DNA of 64,000 nt, from assembly GCA_049840735.1 (NCBI GenBank), contig JASGJN010000020.1, forward strand, positions 480,001 to 544,000, given 5' to 3'. A model generated the notes under the pieces. It had not been told where the DNA came from. It did no database searches and saw nothing but the letters and a program-made list of their open reading frames with translations. Shown here in pieces: positions 10,188-20,367 of the stretch. Position 1 is the stretch's first letter, and every line of letters starts with the position of its first letter. The translations under genes and the position numbers were made by a program. The DNA is from Anaeromyxobacter sp. (GTDB taxonomy: Bacteria > Myxococcota > Myxococcia > Myxococcales > Anaeromyxobacteraceae).

Positions 10188-11288
10188 TCAGCGCGCCCAC
10201 TGGCGCAGCCCGACCCAGCCCACCAGTCCGGCGTGGTCGCTCGGCCAGAGCCCGCCCACGCAATCGTCCGAGGCGTTCCCCAGCACCTCGGCCCACAGCG
10301 GGCGGACCGCGCCGCGCACCAGCACGTAGTCGATCCGCTGCGAGAGCGGCGGCGCGGGCGGCGAGTCGACCCGCAGATCCTCCGCCCAGCAGCAGGTCAG
10401 GCCGGCCTGGGCCGGGCGGACCGTCGCCCAGACGTCGGTGAAGCCCGCCGCTGCCAGCACCGCCTCGGCCTCGGTGCCGGGGTCGGAGTTGGAATCGCCC
10501 ACCAGCACCACCGGCCGCTCCTCGCCGGCCAGCGCGCCCGCCAGCTCGACGGCCTGCGCCGTGCGCACGCCGGGGTGGTAGGCCTCGGTGTGGGTGGAGA
10601 CGAAGCGCAGCGCGTCGCCGTGTACCTTCGCGTCCACCGCCACCCAGCCGCGCTTGATGGGCAGCGTCTGCCCCATCACCGGCACCGGCAGCAGCGTCTG
10701 GAAGACCTGGCCCGCCGCGCGCGTGGTCTTCACGTCAGCGCGGGCCAGGATGACGCCGCAATCGGTGAGCCGCACGTCCTGGCCGGTGGCCACCGGCGCC
10801 TCGAAGTCCATCAGCTCCACCTGCGCGGCCACGCGGTAGGTCAGGCCGCGGCGCGCCAGCGCGGCGAGCAGATCGGCCACGTAGTCGTAGGCCACGGTGG
10901 TGGCCGGCGCGGTGCCGCCGATCAGCAGGTCGCCGGGATCCTGCACGCGCCACAGGTAGGCCTCCTGCAGCCCCACCAGCGCCGGGCCGGTGGTGGCGAT
11001 CTCGTCGGCGACGGCCTCGGCCCGGGCGTGGAAGTCGTTGGCCTGCACCATCATCCAGGCGTTGGTGGCGGCCAGGACGAAGGCCTGGGCCGAGCCGGCG
11101 TTCATCACCGGGGTGAGGTCGGCGCCCAGGTACAGGTTGCGGGACATCACGCCCAGGACATGGCCGGGCGGTCCGCCATGGGACCGGTCGGCGACCAGCT
11201 CGGTGCCGCTGGGATCGCTGCCGGCCGAGCCGCCGCAGGCCAGCAGGAGAGAGAACAGGAACGCCGCCGCGGGCCGCTGGACGCGCAT
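10188..11288 (-). CDS. Endonuclease/exonuclease/phosphatase (EEP) family lipoprotein
   Basis: Lipobox LLAC, then VMSRNLYLG, VGLQEA, VSTHTE, LVGDSN, RIDYV and PSDH motifs. Confidence 0.85.
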   Translation of the reverse strand: MRVQRPAAAFLFSLLLACGGSAGSDPSGTELVADRSHGGPPGHVLGVMSRNLYLGADLTPVMNAGSAQAFVLAATNAWMMVQANDFHARAEAVADEIATTGPALVGLQEAYLWRVQDPGDLLIGGTAPATTVAYDYVADLLAALARRGLTYRVAAQVELMDFEAPVATGQDVRLTDCGVILARADVKTTRAAGQVFQTLLPVPVMGQTLPIKRGWVAVDAKVHGDALRFVSTHTEAYHPGVRTAQAVELAGALAGEERPVVLVGDSNSDPGTEAEAVLAAAGFTDVWATVRPAQAGLTCCWAEDLRVDSPPAPPLSQRIDYVLVRGAVRPLWAEVLGNASDDCVGGLWPSDHAGLVGWVGLRQWAR

Positions 11289-11434
11289 GGGTGCCTCCCC
11301 TTCGACGAGGGTGTCGAGTCGGGCAGACGCTACGCCGGCCGCCGCGCAGGGGCGCAGGTCGCGCGGGTAGGGACCCGTGCCAGGCCCGGGGGGAGCGGTG
11401 GCCGGAGGGCCGGGCGACGCGGCGCGCCACCCGC

Positions 11435-13145
11435 CTACGCCCGGGCGCTCCCCTTCATGTCCCACTTCCCCTCGGCGCGCAGCCGCTCGACGAGCGCCTT
11501 CGCCTGCTCGCGCAGCGCCACGTAGTCGGTCTTGGCCACGCGGTTGAGCGGCAGCGTGCCGGGCGCCAGCACCTCCACGTGGCTGGGGCGCGCGTAGGAG
11601 GCCATGCCGGCGCTGGCGGCCAGCACCTCCTCCGCGGACAGCTCGGCGCCCTCGGCCCGCTCCACGAACAGGACGATGGCCTCCGACCAGATGGCGTGCT
11701 CCACGCCCAGGCAGGCCGCGGCGTGGGCGCGACCGGCCAGCGCCGCCACCACGTGGTTCTCCACGTCGCCGGGGAAGACCTGGAACCCCTTGGGCTTGAT
11801 GGTGAGCTTGCTGCGCCCCGCCAGCTTGAGCCCGTTCGCGTCGCAGCTGCCCAGGTCGCCGGTGTAGAGCACGCCGTCCTTCGTCAGCGCCTGCGCCGTG
11901 GCGGCCGGGTCGCCCAGGTAGCCGAGGAAGAGCTGCGGGCCGGAGAAGCAGAATCTCGCCAATCTCCCCGGCCGGCCGCTCCGGGCCGGCGCTGCCGTCC
12001 TCGTTCATGGGGGCGCGCACGGTCATCGGGCAGGTGGGCGCCGCGTAGCCGATCAATCCGGCCAGGTCCTCGGCGCTGGCGCCCGGCGCGGTGTAGGTGC
12101 AGAAGCCGGAGGCCTCGGTCAGGCCCAGGCCGGTGCCGATCTCCGGGGCCATCTGGCGCAGCCGGTCCAGGAAGGCGCGCGGGACGCCCTGGCCGCCGTA
12201 GATGGCGCTGCGCAGGCTCGAGAGGTCGTAGCTGGCGTAGCGCCGGTGGCTCCACTCCAGGTTGAAGAGGGCCGGGATCTGCCCGACGATGGTGACGCGG
12301 TGCTGCGCGACGGCCTCCAGGCTCTTCTCCGCGTCGAAGAGGTGGAGCAGCACCGCGGTGATGCCCTCCGCCAGGCAGGTGCCGAGCAGCTCGGTGGTGC
12401 AGCCCACGTGCGACGGGGGCAGGTTCACCAGCAGGCGATCCTCCTGCCGCAGCTGGAAGCCGACCGCCAGGGCCACGTTCTGGACCAGGATCCCCTCGTG
12501 GCAGAGCAGCGCCGCCTTGGGCGAGCCGGTGGAGCCGGTGGTGAAGATCACCAGGCACCCGTCGCGCTTGCCCACCTGGCGGCGGGCGCGGCGCACCGAG
12601 CCGGTCAGGCGGGAGAGGACGAAGCGGAGCTTCACGTCCCTCGTGAAGTCCTTCACCCAGGTCGCGCCGGGCAGGACGTTCTCCGGCTCCTTCTGGAACT
12701 GCACCCAGTCCTTCACGCCCGGGAACTGCCCCACCACCTCGCGCAGCACCGGCAGGAGCGCCGGCGCCCCGGCGTAGAAGTAGCCGCGCGGCTGGAGCTT
12801 CTCGAAGCAGGCGCGGATCTCGCCGGCCCGCAGCCGCAGGTCGAGCGGCGCCAGGATCACGCCGATGCGGTAGCAGCCCAGGAGCAGGAACACGTGCTCC
12901 TTGAGCAGCGGCAGGCTGGTGGCGATCACGTCGCCCTTGCGGTAGCCGCTGGCGAGCAGCTTGGCCGCGAAGGCCTCCGCCGCGGTGTCGAGCTGCTTCC
13001 AGGTCACGCGCTCGCCGGTGTTGTGCTCGATCAGCGCCAGGCCGCCCGGGTTGGCGCGGGCGTGCGCGGCCACGTGGTCGGCGATGTTGTCCTTCAGGGC
13101 GGCGCAGCGGGCGAGGACGTCGCGGTCCTGGGCCTCGGTCTTCAT
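11435..13145 (-). CDS. Acyl-CoA synthetase (AMP-binding class I adenylate-forming enzyme), +1 frameshift near 11952
   Basis: IFTTGSTGSPK, GLGLTEA and LYTGDLG motifs. Removing one base restores GEIGEICFSGPQLF. Confidence 0.85.
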
Positions 13146-13264
13146 GCAGGGCTCCTGGCGTGGGGGCTCGGGCGGCGTCCCGTCTTGTAGCGCAGGACCG
13201 GCGGGGGCGGGAACGGCGGTCTTTCCCTCCGGCGGGATCGGGGCGCGGTATCATCCCTGGCCCG

Positions 13265-14051
13265 ATGCTCGCCCCGCCCCCGTTCCTGGTCGAGAAGAAC
13301 ACCGCCCTCATGCTCGAGGCGGCGCTGCCGGCGCTGGTGGCCCGGCAGCTCGACGCCCGGCAGGCTGACGCGGTGTGCGGCCGGTACCGGCGCATCGGCC
13401 TCTGCCGGCTGCTCTCCTCCGGCCTCCCGGACGACCTGTTCACCTGGCTGGCCATGGGCGGGCAGGCCTTCCTGCACTGGCTGCAGGGGGTCCCGGCGGA
13501 GCGGAAGCACGGCAGCAGAATCGCTCCCCTGGTTCGACGCGGTCGCCGCCGGGGCCGACGCCCTGGCGGCCGGGATCGCGCGCGCCGCCGCCCCGGCCTG
13601 GACGCCGGGCGAGGAGTACGAGGACGACTTCCTCTACCCGCGCGTCCTCATGAGCCACTTCGGCGAGCGCGCCCCGGCCGCGCAGGTGGGCGCGCTGCTC
13701 GACCGGCTGGACGCGCTGACCGCCGGCGCCGATCCCCGCGCCGGCCTGTGCCGGGGGCTGGTCGAGCGGGACCAGGCGCGCTTCGAGGAGGCCCTGGACC
13801 AGGTGGTGGCGCGGCGGAGCGAGGACCTGGACCAGCGGCGCCAGCGCGGGATGCTCCCCGCCGAGGAGGGCGCCACCGAGGCGCGGATCTGGGTGGAGCT
13901 GCTGGCGCTGGTGCGGCTGGCGCAGGTGAGCGGGCTGGTCGTGGAGCCCGACCATCCCCTGGCCCCATCGCTGGCTCGCCGCCTGGACCGCGCCAGGCCT
14001 CCCGGACCGGACGCCTGGCGCACCTTCCCCTCCTACCGGCAGCTCGGATGA
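13265..14051 (+). CDS. Imm49-like immunity protein, +1 frameshift near 13520
   Basis: Joined frames give ...PWFDAVAAG...GEEYEDDFLY...FEEAL...IWVELLALVRLA...DHPLAP, as in myxobacterial Imm49-family proteins. Confidence 0.6.
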
Positions 14052-15175
14052 CCATGCGCCTCGCGCTCACCGGAGTGGGGCTCGTCACCGCGCTGGGCCG
14101 CGGCGCCACCGGCAGCTGCGCCGCGCTGCGCGCCGGCGTGGCGCTTCCGGTCGAGCTGGGCGCCGAGGTGGAGGACGGCGAGGGCGGGATGATCCCGGCG
14201 GCCGGCTACCCGACCGGCCTGGCCGATGGCTTCTTCCAGACCGGCGCCTGGGTGCGGCTGGCCACCGCCGCGCTCGAGGACCTCGGCCACCAGTCCGGCT
14301 TCGCGCTGGAGGACGCCGCCGGCTGGCAGCGGTCCGGCCTCACGCTGCTCCTGCCGGCCATCCTCGAGCCGCGCTTCCGCTGGACGCCGGCGGACGCGAC
14401 CGACCTGATCCACCAGGTGACCGATCCGGTCGCCTCGCTGCTCCGCCTCCCGGCGGCGCCCGCGCAGCGCTCGGCGCTGGGCGGCGGGTGCACCGGGCTG
14501 GCCAGCGCCCTGGAAGGCGCACTGCGCCAGCCGGCGCAGACGCCGCGCGAGCGCTGGGTGCTGGCCGCAGCGGACAGCTACGTGGATGGCCTGTCGCTGT
14601 CCTGGCTGGCCCTCGAGGGCAGGCTCAAGGAGCCCGGCCAGCCGGTGGGGCTCGCGCCCGGCGAGGCCGGCGCGGCCCTGCTGCTCGAGACCGAGCACGC
14701 CGCCCGCCAGCGCCGCGCCCAGCCGCTCGGGTTCATCGAGTCGGTGGCGCTGACCCGCGCGCCGGCCGGCACGCCGCCGCCGGCGAGCCCGGGCGAGGAA
14801 GGGCCGACATGGGCCCCGCCGCCCGCGCCTGCGCTGGGCCGGGCCCTGGCCCAGGCGCTGCGCGGCGTGCTGCCCGCAGGCCCGGCCCCGTGGCACGGCG
14901 ATCTCTACCTCGACCTGAACGGCGAGACCTGGAAGGCCGCCGGCTGGGGCCACGCACAGGTGGACCTGGTGCGGGTCATCGCCTTCGATCGCTGCCGCGT
15001 GATCTTCCCGGCCGAGTCGCTGGGCGAGACCGGGGCGGCGAGCCCGCTCATCGGCGTGGCGCTGGCGCTCTGGAACCTGCGGCGCGACGGGGCGCCCGGG
15101 GCCATCGTCTGCTCGATCGGGGACGACGGGCAGGTGGCGGCGGTCCGGCTGGGGCCGGCGGCGCCGGCGCGCTGA
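14048..15175 (+). CDS. Ketoacyl-synthase/thiolase-like T6SS-effector accessory protein (PRK06147-like)
   Basis: GVGLVTALG...SCAALRAG, AADSY, PGEAGAALLL, DLNGE and PAESLGETGAAS motifs. ATGA overlap with the upstream gene, inside a PAAR island. Confidence 0.75.
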   Translation: MTMRLALTGVGLVTALGRGATGSCAALRAGVALPVELGAEVEDGEGGMIPAAGYPTGLADGFFQTGAWVRLATAALEDLGHQSGFALEDAAGWQRSGLTLLLPAILEPRFRWTPADATDLIHQVTDPVASLLRLPAAPAQRSALGGGCTGLASALEGALRQPAQTPRERWVLAAADSYVDGLSLSWLALEGRLKEPGQPVGLAPGEAGAALLLETEHAARQRRAQPLGFIESVALTRAPAGTPPPASPGEEGPTWAPPPAPALGRALAQALRGVLPAGPAPWHGDLYLDLNGETWKAAGWGHAQVDLVRVIAFDRCRVIFPAESLGETGAASPLIGVALALWNLRRDGAPGAIVCSIGDDGQVAAVRLGPAAPAR

Positions 15176-15178
15176 GAC

Positions 15179-15766
15179 CTAGCCGGCCTGGTCGAGCTTC
15201 TTGAGGAACAGGTTGCTCGGGTTCGCGGGGCGGAGCAGTTCGACGAGGCGGTGGCTCACCACGTAGGTCTCCACCGACTCCTTGACGCGGAAGAGGTCCG
15301 GCGCCTGCTCGAGCTTCTTCGGGTCGAGGACCATCCGGTCGATCCCCACGATCTGGCCCAGCACCTGCTGGGAGTACTGGATCCGGCTTCGCTGCAGGTC
15401 GAGGCAGTCGAACGAGCCGAGCGGGTTCACGATGAAGTGCTCGGCGCTGGCGACGTTCCCGCGGTGATCGAGGAGCGTGAAGGGGTAGCACTCCATCGCC
15501 ACCCCCGTCCCCTCCAGCACGTCCTTCACGCTGCGGTGCACGATGAGCATGTTGCACGTGTTGTCCACGACCATCGGCGCCTTGAGCCGGGTCGGGTAAC
15601 GCTTGCTCATCTGCCACTTCGCGTCGGCCGGGTACTCGGCTGCCGCCGAGATCCCGCGGCACATCTTGAAGGCGAACGCGCCCGTTCCGACCGGATTGCG
15701 GTCCAGGATGCAGTTTGCAGCGTCGGCCATCGGCAGCGTATTGACGGAGAAGTAGTCCATATCCAT
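15179..15766 (-). CDS. Imm11 (DUF1629)-family immunity protein
   Basis: LIVHRSVKDVL, FIVNPLGSFDCLDLQRS, MVLDPKKL..APDLFR and YVVSHRL motifs. Directly downstream of the AHH nuclease. Confidence 0.8.
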   Translation of the reverse strand: MDMDYFSVNTLPMADAANCILDRNPVGTGAFAFKMCRGISAAAEYPADAKWQMSKRYPTRLKAPMVVDNTCNMLIVHRSVKDVLEGTGVAMECYPFTLLDHRGNVASAEHFIVNPLGSFDCLDLQRSRIQYSQQVLGQIVGIDRMVLDPKKLEQAPDLFRVKESVETYVVSHRLVELLRPANPSNLFLKKLDQAG

Positions 15767-16700
15767 TCAGGCGAGCTGGAAGTCCAGCGATCCGATGTCG
15801 TTCAACGAAGCTCCCGGGGACGTGCCTCCGAACGCGACGACGCCCTGGAAGCACTGCTCTGACAGCCGCTCGAGCTTCTCCTTGGTGATCTGGATCGTCT
15901 CCATGGCCTTGCAGGGATCCGGCGGGGTGCCCCGGGCCTGCGAGGCGTGCTGCTCGAAGTCGCGAATCACCGGGTCCAGGCCTCTGACCACCTCTGCCGT
16001 GTAGTGCTCGTGGTCCGCGTAGTCGGAGGGCACGTGCACGTCCGCGGGACCATTCAGCGTCAGGTGTCGCGGCAAGCGAAGAACCTGCGCGACCTCCTGA
16101 TCCATGGGCAGGAACAGCATGTTCTTGTAGTGATTGATGTTGTACTGGCCGCGGTGCAGCCCGACGCTCACCAGGTCCCGGATCTCAGGGTCCTCGACGT
16201 CCATGATCGCGTCCGCGAACGTCGCCTTGGGGATCAGGTGGTGCGCGTTGTTCCAGTCAGGGCCAGAACGCGGTGCGGAAGTTCTGGCCCACCGGGATCT
16301 GCCGCTTGAGCCTGGGCGGCGTGGCGGCAGGCGATGGGCGCGCCACCGTCGGCCCGTCCAGATCCCAGTCTCCCGCTCCAGGCAGCGCCAGCGTCGCGGC
16401 GTAGTCGCGGTCCAGCGGCGTGAGCCCGCCGCTCTTGGCCTCACGCTGCATGGTGGCCAGGCGATCGCCGGCAATCCCACGCGCCGCCAGCCCGGCCCGG
16501 TCGTCGGCCACCGGGTAGTTCTTGTAGACCTTCGTGTGCGCCTCGCGCTTCTCCTGCCGCGCCTGCCACCGGCAGGAGCAGCTGTTCTGCTTGTGCTTCG
16601 GCTCGTTGTGGAAGAGACACGCCCCACCCTCGGTGGAGCCGGACACGGAGACATGGTTCGGATTGTTCGTCTCCGCGACGTGCTGGCTCGCCTCGGACAT
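15767..16700 (-). CDS. AHH-family (HNH/EndoVII fold) nuclease toxin, +1 frameshift near 16260
   Basis: NFRTAFWP-x-WNNAHHLIP, YNINHYKNMLFLP, LPRH and DHEHY motifs. N-terminal GACL...SCSCRWQA. Confidence 0.8.
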
Positions 16701-16709
16701 GTCGCCCCC

Positions 16710-17171
16710 CTACACCCGCTTCTTGCAGCACAGGCACTTCGACGGGCCCGCCTGCTTCGGCAGCGCGATCACCGGCGGCTGCAGCACCGGGAACGGCGGC
16801 GTGTTCTTGTCGTTGTGGGTCATGAGGTCGAAGGACCGCGCCACCCCCTTCCCCTCCACCTTCACGTCGAAGGCGTAGTTCACGAACTCCGCCTTGCCCT
16901 TGATCTTGTTCGAGGCCACGCCACCGCCGGCCGAGCCGGCCTCGTCGCCGGTGCTCATGGCGAAGTTGGAGCTGGCGATGCAGATCGGCTTCCCCTCCAC
17001 CTTGACCTGCTTCGAGCCCTGGCCCGTGTCGGAGGAGCGGGCCACGTTGGGATAGGGGATTGGCACCGGGCCGCCCGGGCTGGGCGTCTTGCAGACGTCC
17101 GGGAACGCGATGGTCACGCCGTTGGTGTCGGCGTTGACGATTGACAGCTTGTTCACGCCCACCTTGCCCAT
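16710..17171 (-). CDS. DUF4150 PAAR-like spike-tip protein with Cys-rich C-terminal tail
   Basis: FPDVCKTP..PVPIPYPN, STGDEAG and DVKVEGKGVAR..D.M.HN motifs. GGAGG RBS. Confidence 0.9.
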   Translation of the reverse strand: MGKVGVNKLSIVNADTNGVTIAFPDVCKTPSPGGPVPIPYPNVARSSDTGQGSKQVKVEGKPICIASSNFAMSTGDEAGSAGGGVASNKIKGKAEFVNYAFDVKVEGKGVARSFDLMTHNDKNTPPFPVLQPPVIALPKQAGPSKCLCCKKRV

Positions 17172-17212
17172 GCGTCCTCCTCCCCTGCCCCGCGCGCGGC
17201 GATCCCCGCCGC

Positions 17213-18535
17213 TCACTGCATCCACGCCTCGAAGGGCCGCGCCGACCAGCTCCCGGCCGAGGGCGCGCTGCGCGCCGCCGCGAGCTGCTGCAGCTGCACG
17301 GCCGTGAGCGCGCCGGTTTCCAGCTGGACCTCCCCGCGGCTCCGGATGGCCAGCTCCAGCGCCAGCCCCGCGCGCCGGCGGGCCGACCCCCGCTCCAGCT
17401 CGGTCACCAGCCGGCCCACCTGGAAGGGCGACCCGCGCAGCAGCCGGGCGGCCGGGTCGAGCCGCTTGCGCGCCTCGCTCCACCAGGTCGCCACGGCCCC
17501 GGGCTCGGCCAGCGGGAGCTCGGCGTCGTCCGACGGGAGCAGGTCGTTCGCCAGGTCTTCCTCGAGCGGCGGCAGCTCCTCGCCCTCCTCCGAAGGGGCC
17601 TCGCGCAGCAGCGGACCGGCCAGCTCCAGGCCGGTGATGGCCGCGAAGGCCTCGGCGGCCACGCCGCCCAGCTCGTCGTCGCCCAGCCAGCGCAGGCACC
17701 CGTCCGCGGCCACCACGCTGCCGCTGTAGCCGAGCGCCACCAGCGCCTCGCGCCGGAGCCCGGCCTCGCCCAGCAGGGCGATGAGCCGCTCCAGGTCCGC
17801 GGCGGTGCCGCCGGTGGCCAGCGCCAGGCGCGCCAGCCGTCCGTCCGCGCCGGCCTCGGCGACCCGCTCGCGCGCGGCCCGCAGCGCCGCCTTGCGGCCG
17901 GACACCAGGCCCGTCAGCAGCGCGGCGCTCCGCACCGCGGGATTGCCGTCCGCGAGCGCCGGCTCCAGGACCGCGCGATCCACCGTGGCCGGCTCCACCC
18001 GCCCGGCGCGCAGCGCCGCGGTCCGGACCAGGGGGCGCGGGTCCCGCGCCAGCCGCGCCGCGCGACCCGCCGGCAGGGCGCGGCGGAAGGCCAGCACCTC
18101 CAGCGCCGACACCACCTTCCCCTCGTCCGGATCGTCCAGCAGCGCCAGCGCCGCCTGGCCTGCGCCGGGGCGCTCCGAGAGCTGGAGCGCCCGCGCCAGC
18201 GACGGGCGCCGCTCCCCGTCCGCTGCGGCGAAGGCGCCGCCAGCGGCCTGCGGGGCCGCCTCGCCGCCCAGCAGCGCCAGCGCGGCAGCGGTCCGCAGCT
18301 CCGGCTCGTCCGCCTCCAGCGCCGGCAGGAGCAGCCTCCGCGCCGCGCCCTCCCCGGCCACCTCCAGCGCCTCGAGGTGCGCCAGCAGCCGGTCCTCCTC
18401 GGGGCCCGCGGCCACCTCGGCCAGCGTGTACCCGTGGGCACGCAGCGCCGACTCGCGCTGGCCCAGCAGGAACCCGGCCTCCTCCAGGTGCAGCGCCAGC
18501 ACGTCCCAGCGCAGCACGCGATCGGGCGCGCGCAT
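17213..18535 (-). CDS. TIGR02270-family HEAT-repeat protein
   Basis: WDVLALHLEEAGFL...EDRLLAHLEAL, AAEAFAAITGL and LPPLEEDL motifs. PAAR-island context. Confidence 0.8.
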   Translation of the reverse strand: MRAPDRVLRWDVLALHLEEAGFLLGQRESALRAHGYTLAEVAAGPEEDRLLAHLEALEVAGEGAARRLLLPALEADEPELRTAAALALLGGEAAPQAAGGAFAAADGERRPSLARALQLSERPGAGQAALALLDDPDEGKVVSALEVLAFRRALPAGRAARLARDPRPLVRTAALRAGRVEPATVDRAVLEPALADGNPAVRSAALLTGLVSGRKAALRAARERVAEAGADGRLARLALATGGTAADLERLIALLGEAGLRREALVALGYSGSVVAADGCLRWLGDDELGGVAAEAFAAITGLELAGPLLREAPSEEGEELPPLEEDLANDLLPSDDAELPLAEPGAVATWWSEARKRLDPAARLLRGSPFQVGRLVTELERGSARRRAGLALELAIRSRGEVQLETGALTAVQLQQLAAARSAPSAGSWSARPFEAWMQ

Positions 18536-19073
18536 CAGTTGATTTCGATTCTTCCGCCCTTGATCCGCTGCAGGCCGCTGGCGCTGGTCTCGACCTGCAC
18601 GCCCCGCAGCACGATGCGGCCGTTGCGGCGGAGCGTGATGGAGGCCTTGCCGCAGCGGAGCACCACCTCGTCCTGCCCCTCGAGCACCACCCGGCGGCCG
18701 TCCACCACCGCCTCCGCCGGCGGGCGGGGAGTGGACGGCGCTGGCGTGGCCTCGGGCGCCGGCGACAGGACCGCGTCCAGCAGCGGCGTCTCCACCTCCG
18801 GCCGGAGCAGCGCCAGCAGGATGGCGGGAGGGGATTGCCGGCGTCGAAGGCCAGGACCGCGCCCTGGCGCAGCCGGGCCGCCTCGCGAAGCGCGTCCGGC
18901 TCCAGCCCGGCCGCGACCTGGGCCGGCAGCTGCGCGCCGGACGCGCCGGGGTAGCCGACCAGCACGGCGCCGCGCTCCTCGCGCGCCACCCAGCCGATCC
19001 GGACGCCGTCGATGCGCGCCTCGCGCGGACGCAGCGGGATCACATCGCGGTCATCGGGCGCGCGCTCGCTCAT
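18535..19073 (-). CDS. DUF6484-family protein, frameshift near 18830
   Basis: N-terminal ...AVLAFDAGNP joined to VDGRRVVLEGQDEVVLRCGKASITLRRNGRIVLRG...RIKGGRIEIN. Confidence 0.75.
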
Positions 19074-19219
19074 CGGCGTCCCCTTCTCGAAAGCAGCCGG
19101 GCAGGTGTGTGCTGGAGCCTACCACGCACCTCCGCACCTCTCGGCCTCTGCGTGAACCCGCGCGGCGCCGGAAGACCCGCCCCACTTCGCGGCTTTTTCA
19201 TTTTCGTCCGCCTGCCCCC

Positions 19220-19268
19220 TTGACACCTCTCGCGGGTCGCGATTTAGTTTGTTCGTCGAACGAACAAA
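19220..19268 (+). promoter_or_regulatory. Sigma70-type -35 (TTGACA) plus ROK-type operator TTTGTTCG-TCGAA-CGAACAAA
   Basis: TTGACA at 19220-19225 and perfect 8-bp inverted arms at 19248-19268. The element recurs at 32107 and 44167. Confidence 0.8.
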
Positions 19269-19371
19269 GTAGACGTTCCGAGGCCGCGGTGAGAGAACAC
19301 AAGCATTCGCGCCCAGTTGACCCCTGCCGGCGGCGCCGGTCGGGCCACCGTCCGGGCGGGGAGCACCACAC

Positions 19372-20349
19372 GTGACTGCGGCGGAACGTCATCCTCTCCT
19401 CCACGTCTCCGGCCTCCGGAAGAGCTTCCGCCAGGGCGGGGTGATCCGCGGGCGGACCTCGCTCCTGGCCGTGGACGACGTCGAGTTCCGGGTCGAGCGC
19501 GGCGAGGCGGTGGCGCTGGTCGGCGAGTCCGGCAGCGGGAAGAGCACCATCGCCCGCCTGCTGGTCCGCCTCGAGCAGGCCGACGCTGGCGCCATCCGGC
19601 TCGACGGCCGCGACGTGCTGCGCGAGGAGCCGAGGGCGGCCTCGCTGGCCTACCGGTCGCGGGTCCAGATGATCTTCCAGGACCCCTTCGGCTCGCTCAA
19701 CCCTTCGCACAGCGTGGCCTACCACCTGGAGCGGCCGCTCCTCCGCCACGGGCGCGCCACGCGCGCCGACGTGCGCGAGAAGACCCTGGCGCTGCTGCGC
19801 GACGTGGGGCTGGAACCTCCGGAGGAGTTCCTGGAGCGCCATCCCTACGAGCTCTCCGGCGGCCAGCGCCAGCGGGTGGCCATCGCGCGCGCCCTGGCGG
19901 TGGGGCCCGACCTGCTGGTGGCCGACGAGCCGACCTCGATGCTGGACGTCTCGCTCCGCAGCGGCGTGCTAGGGCTCCTGCAGCGGCTGCGCCGCGAGCG
20001 CGGCCTGGGGCTGGTGCTGATCACGCACGACCTGGCCGCGGCCCGCCACGTGGCCGACCGGCTGCTGGTGCTCTACCGCGGCCAGCTGGTCGAGGACGGC
20101 CCTGCCGCCGCGCTGATCGAGGCCCCGGCCCACCCGTACACCCGCGCGCTGCTGGCCGCGGTGGCCCACGGCCGCGCCGGCGAGCGCCCCCGGCTGCGTC
20201 ACGACCCGACCCCGGCCGCGGGCGGCTGCCCCTTCGCCCCGCGCTGCCCCGAGGTCACCGACCGCTGCCGCGCCGAGCCGGCGCCGCTGGTCACGCTCGG
20301 CGCCGGCCGCCGCGCCCGCTGCCACCTCGTCCCCGCCACCCGCGCCTAG
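19372..20349 (+). CDS. Oligopeptide/oligosaccharide ABC transporter ATPase (OppF/DppF-like)
   Basis: GESGSGKST, QMIFQDPF, LSGGQRQR, ADEPTSMLD, HPYT and GCPFAPRCP motifs. Confidence 0.9.
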   Translation: MTAAERHPLLHVSGLRKSFRQGGVIRGRTSLLAVDDVEFRVERGEAVALVGESGSGKSTIARLLVRLEQADAGAIRLDGRDVLREEPRAASLAYRSRVQMIFQDPFGSLNPSHSVAYHLERPLLRHGRATRADVREKTLALLRDVGLEPPEEFLERHPYELSGGQRQRVAIARALAVGPDLLVADEPTSMLDVSLRSGVLGLLQRLRRERGLGLVLITHDLAAARHVADRLLVLYRGQLVEDGPAAALIEAPAHPYTRALLAAVAHGRAGERPRLRHDPTPAAGGCPFAPRCPEVTDRCRAEPAPLVTLGAGRRARCHLVPATRA

Positions 20350-20367
20350 CGCCGCATCGGAATCCGC

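Noticed and set aside
10188..13145. 985-aa acyl-CoA ligase/EEP nuclease 'fusion' in the ORF track
   Set aside because: Artefact of the frameshift near 11952. The ligase C-terminus is in another frame (stop at 11435), and the EEP gene has its own RBS, ATG and lipobox.
11435..15175. Acyl-CoA ligase plus ketosynthase-like gene as a PKS/fatty-acid biosynthetic cluster
   Set aside because: No ACP, AT or reductase genes are present. The KS-like protein matches the T6SS-effector accessory type and is oriented away from the ligase.
16710..19073. 787-aa DUF6484-PAAR fusion
   Set aside because: Created by the frameshift near 18830 running through the TIGR02270 gene off-frame. The PAAR gene has its own GGAGG + ATG at 17171.
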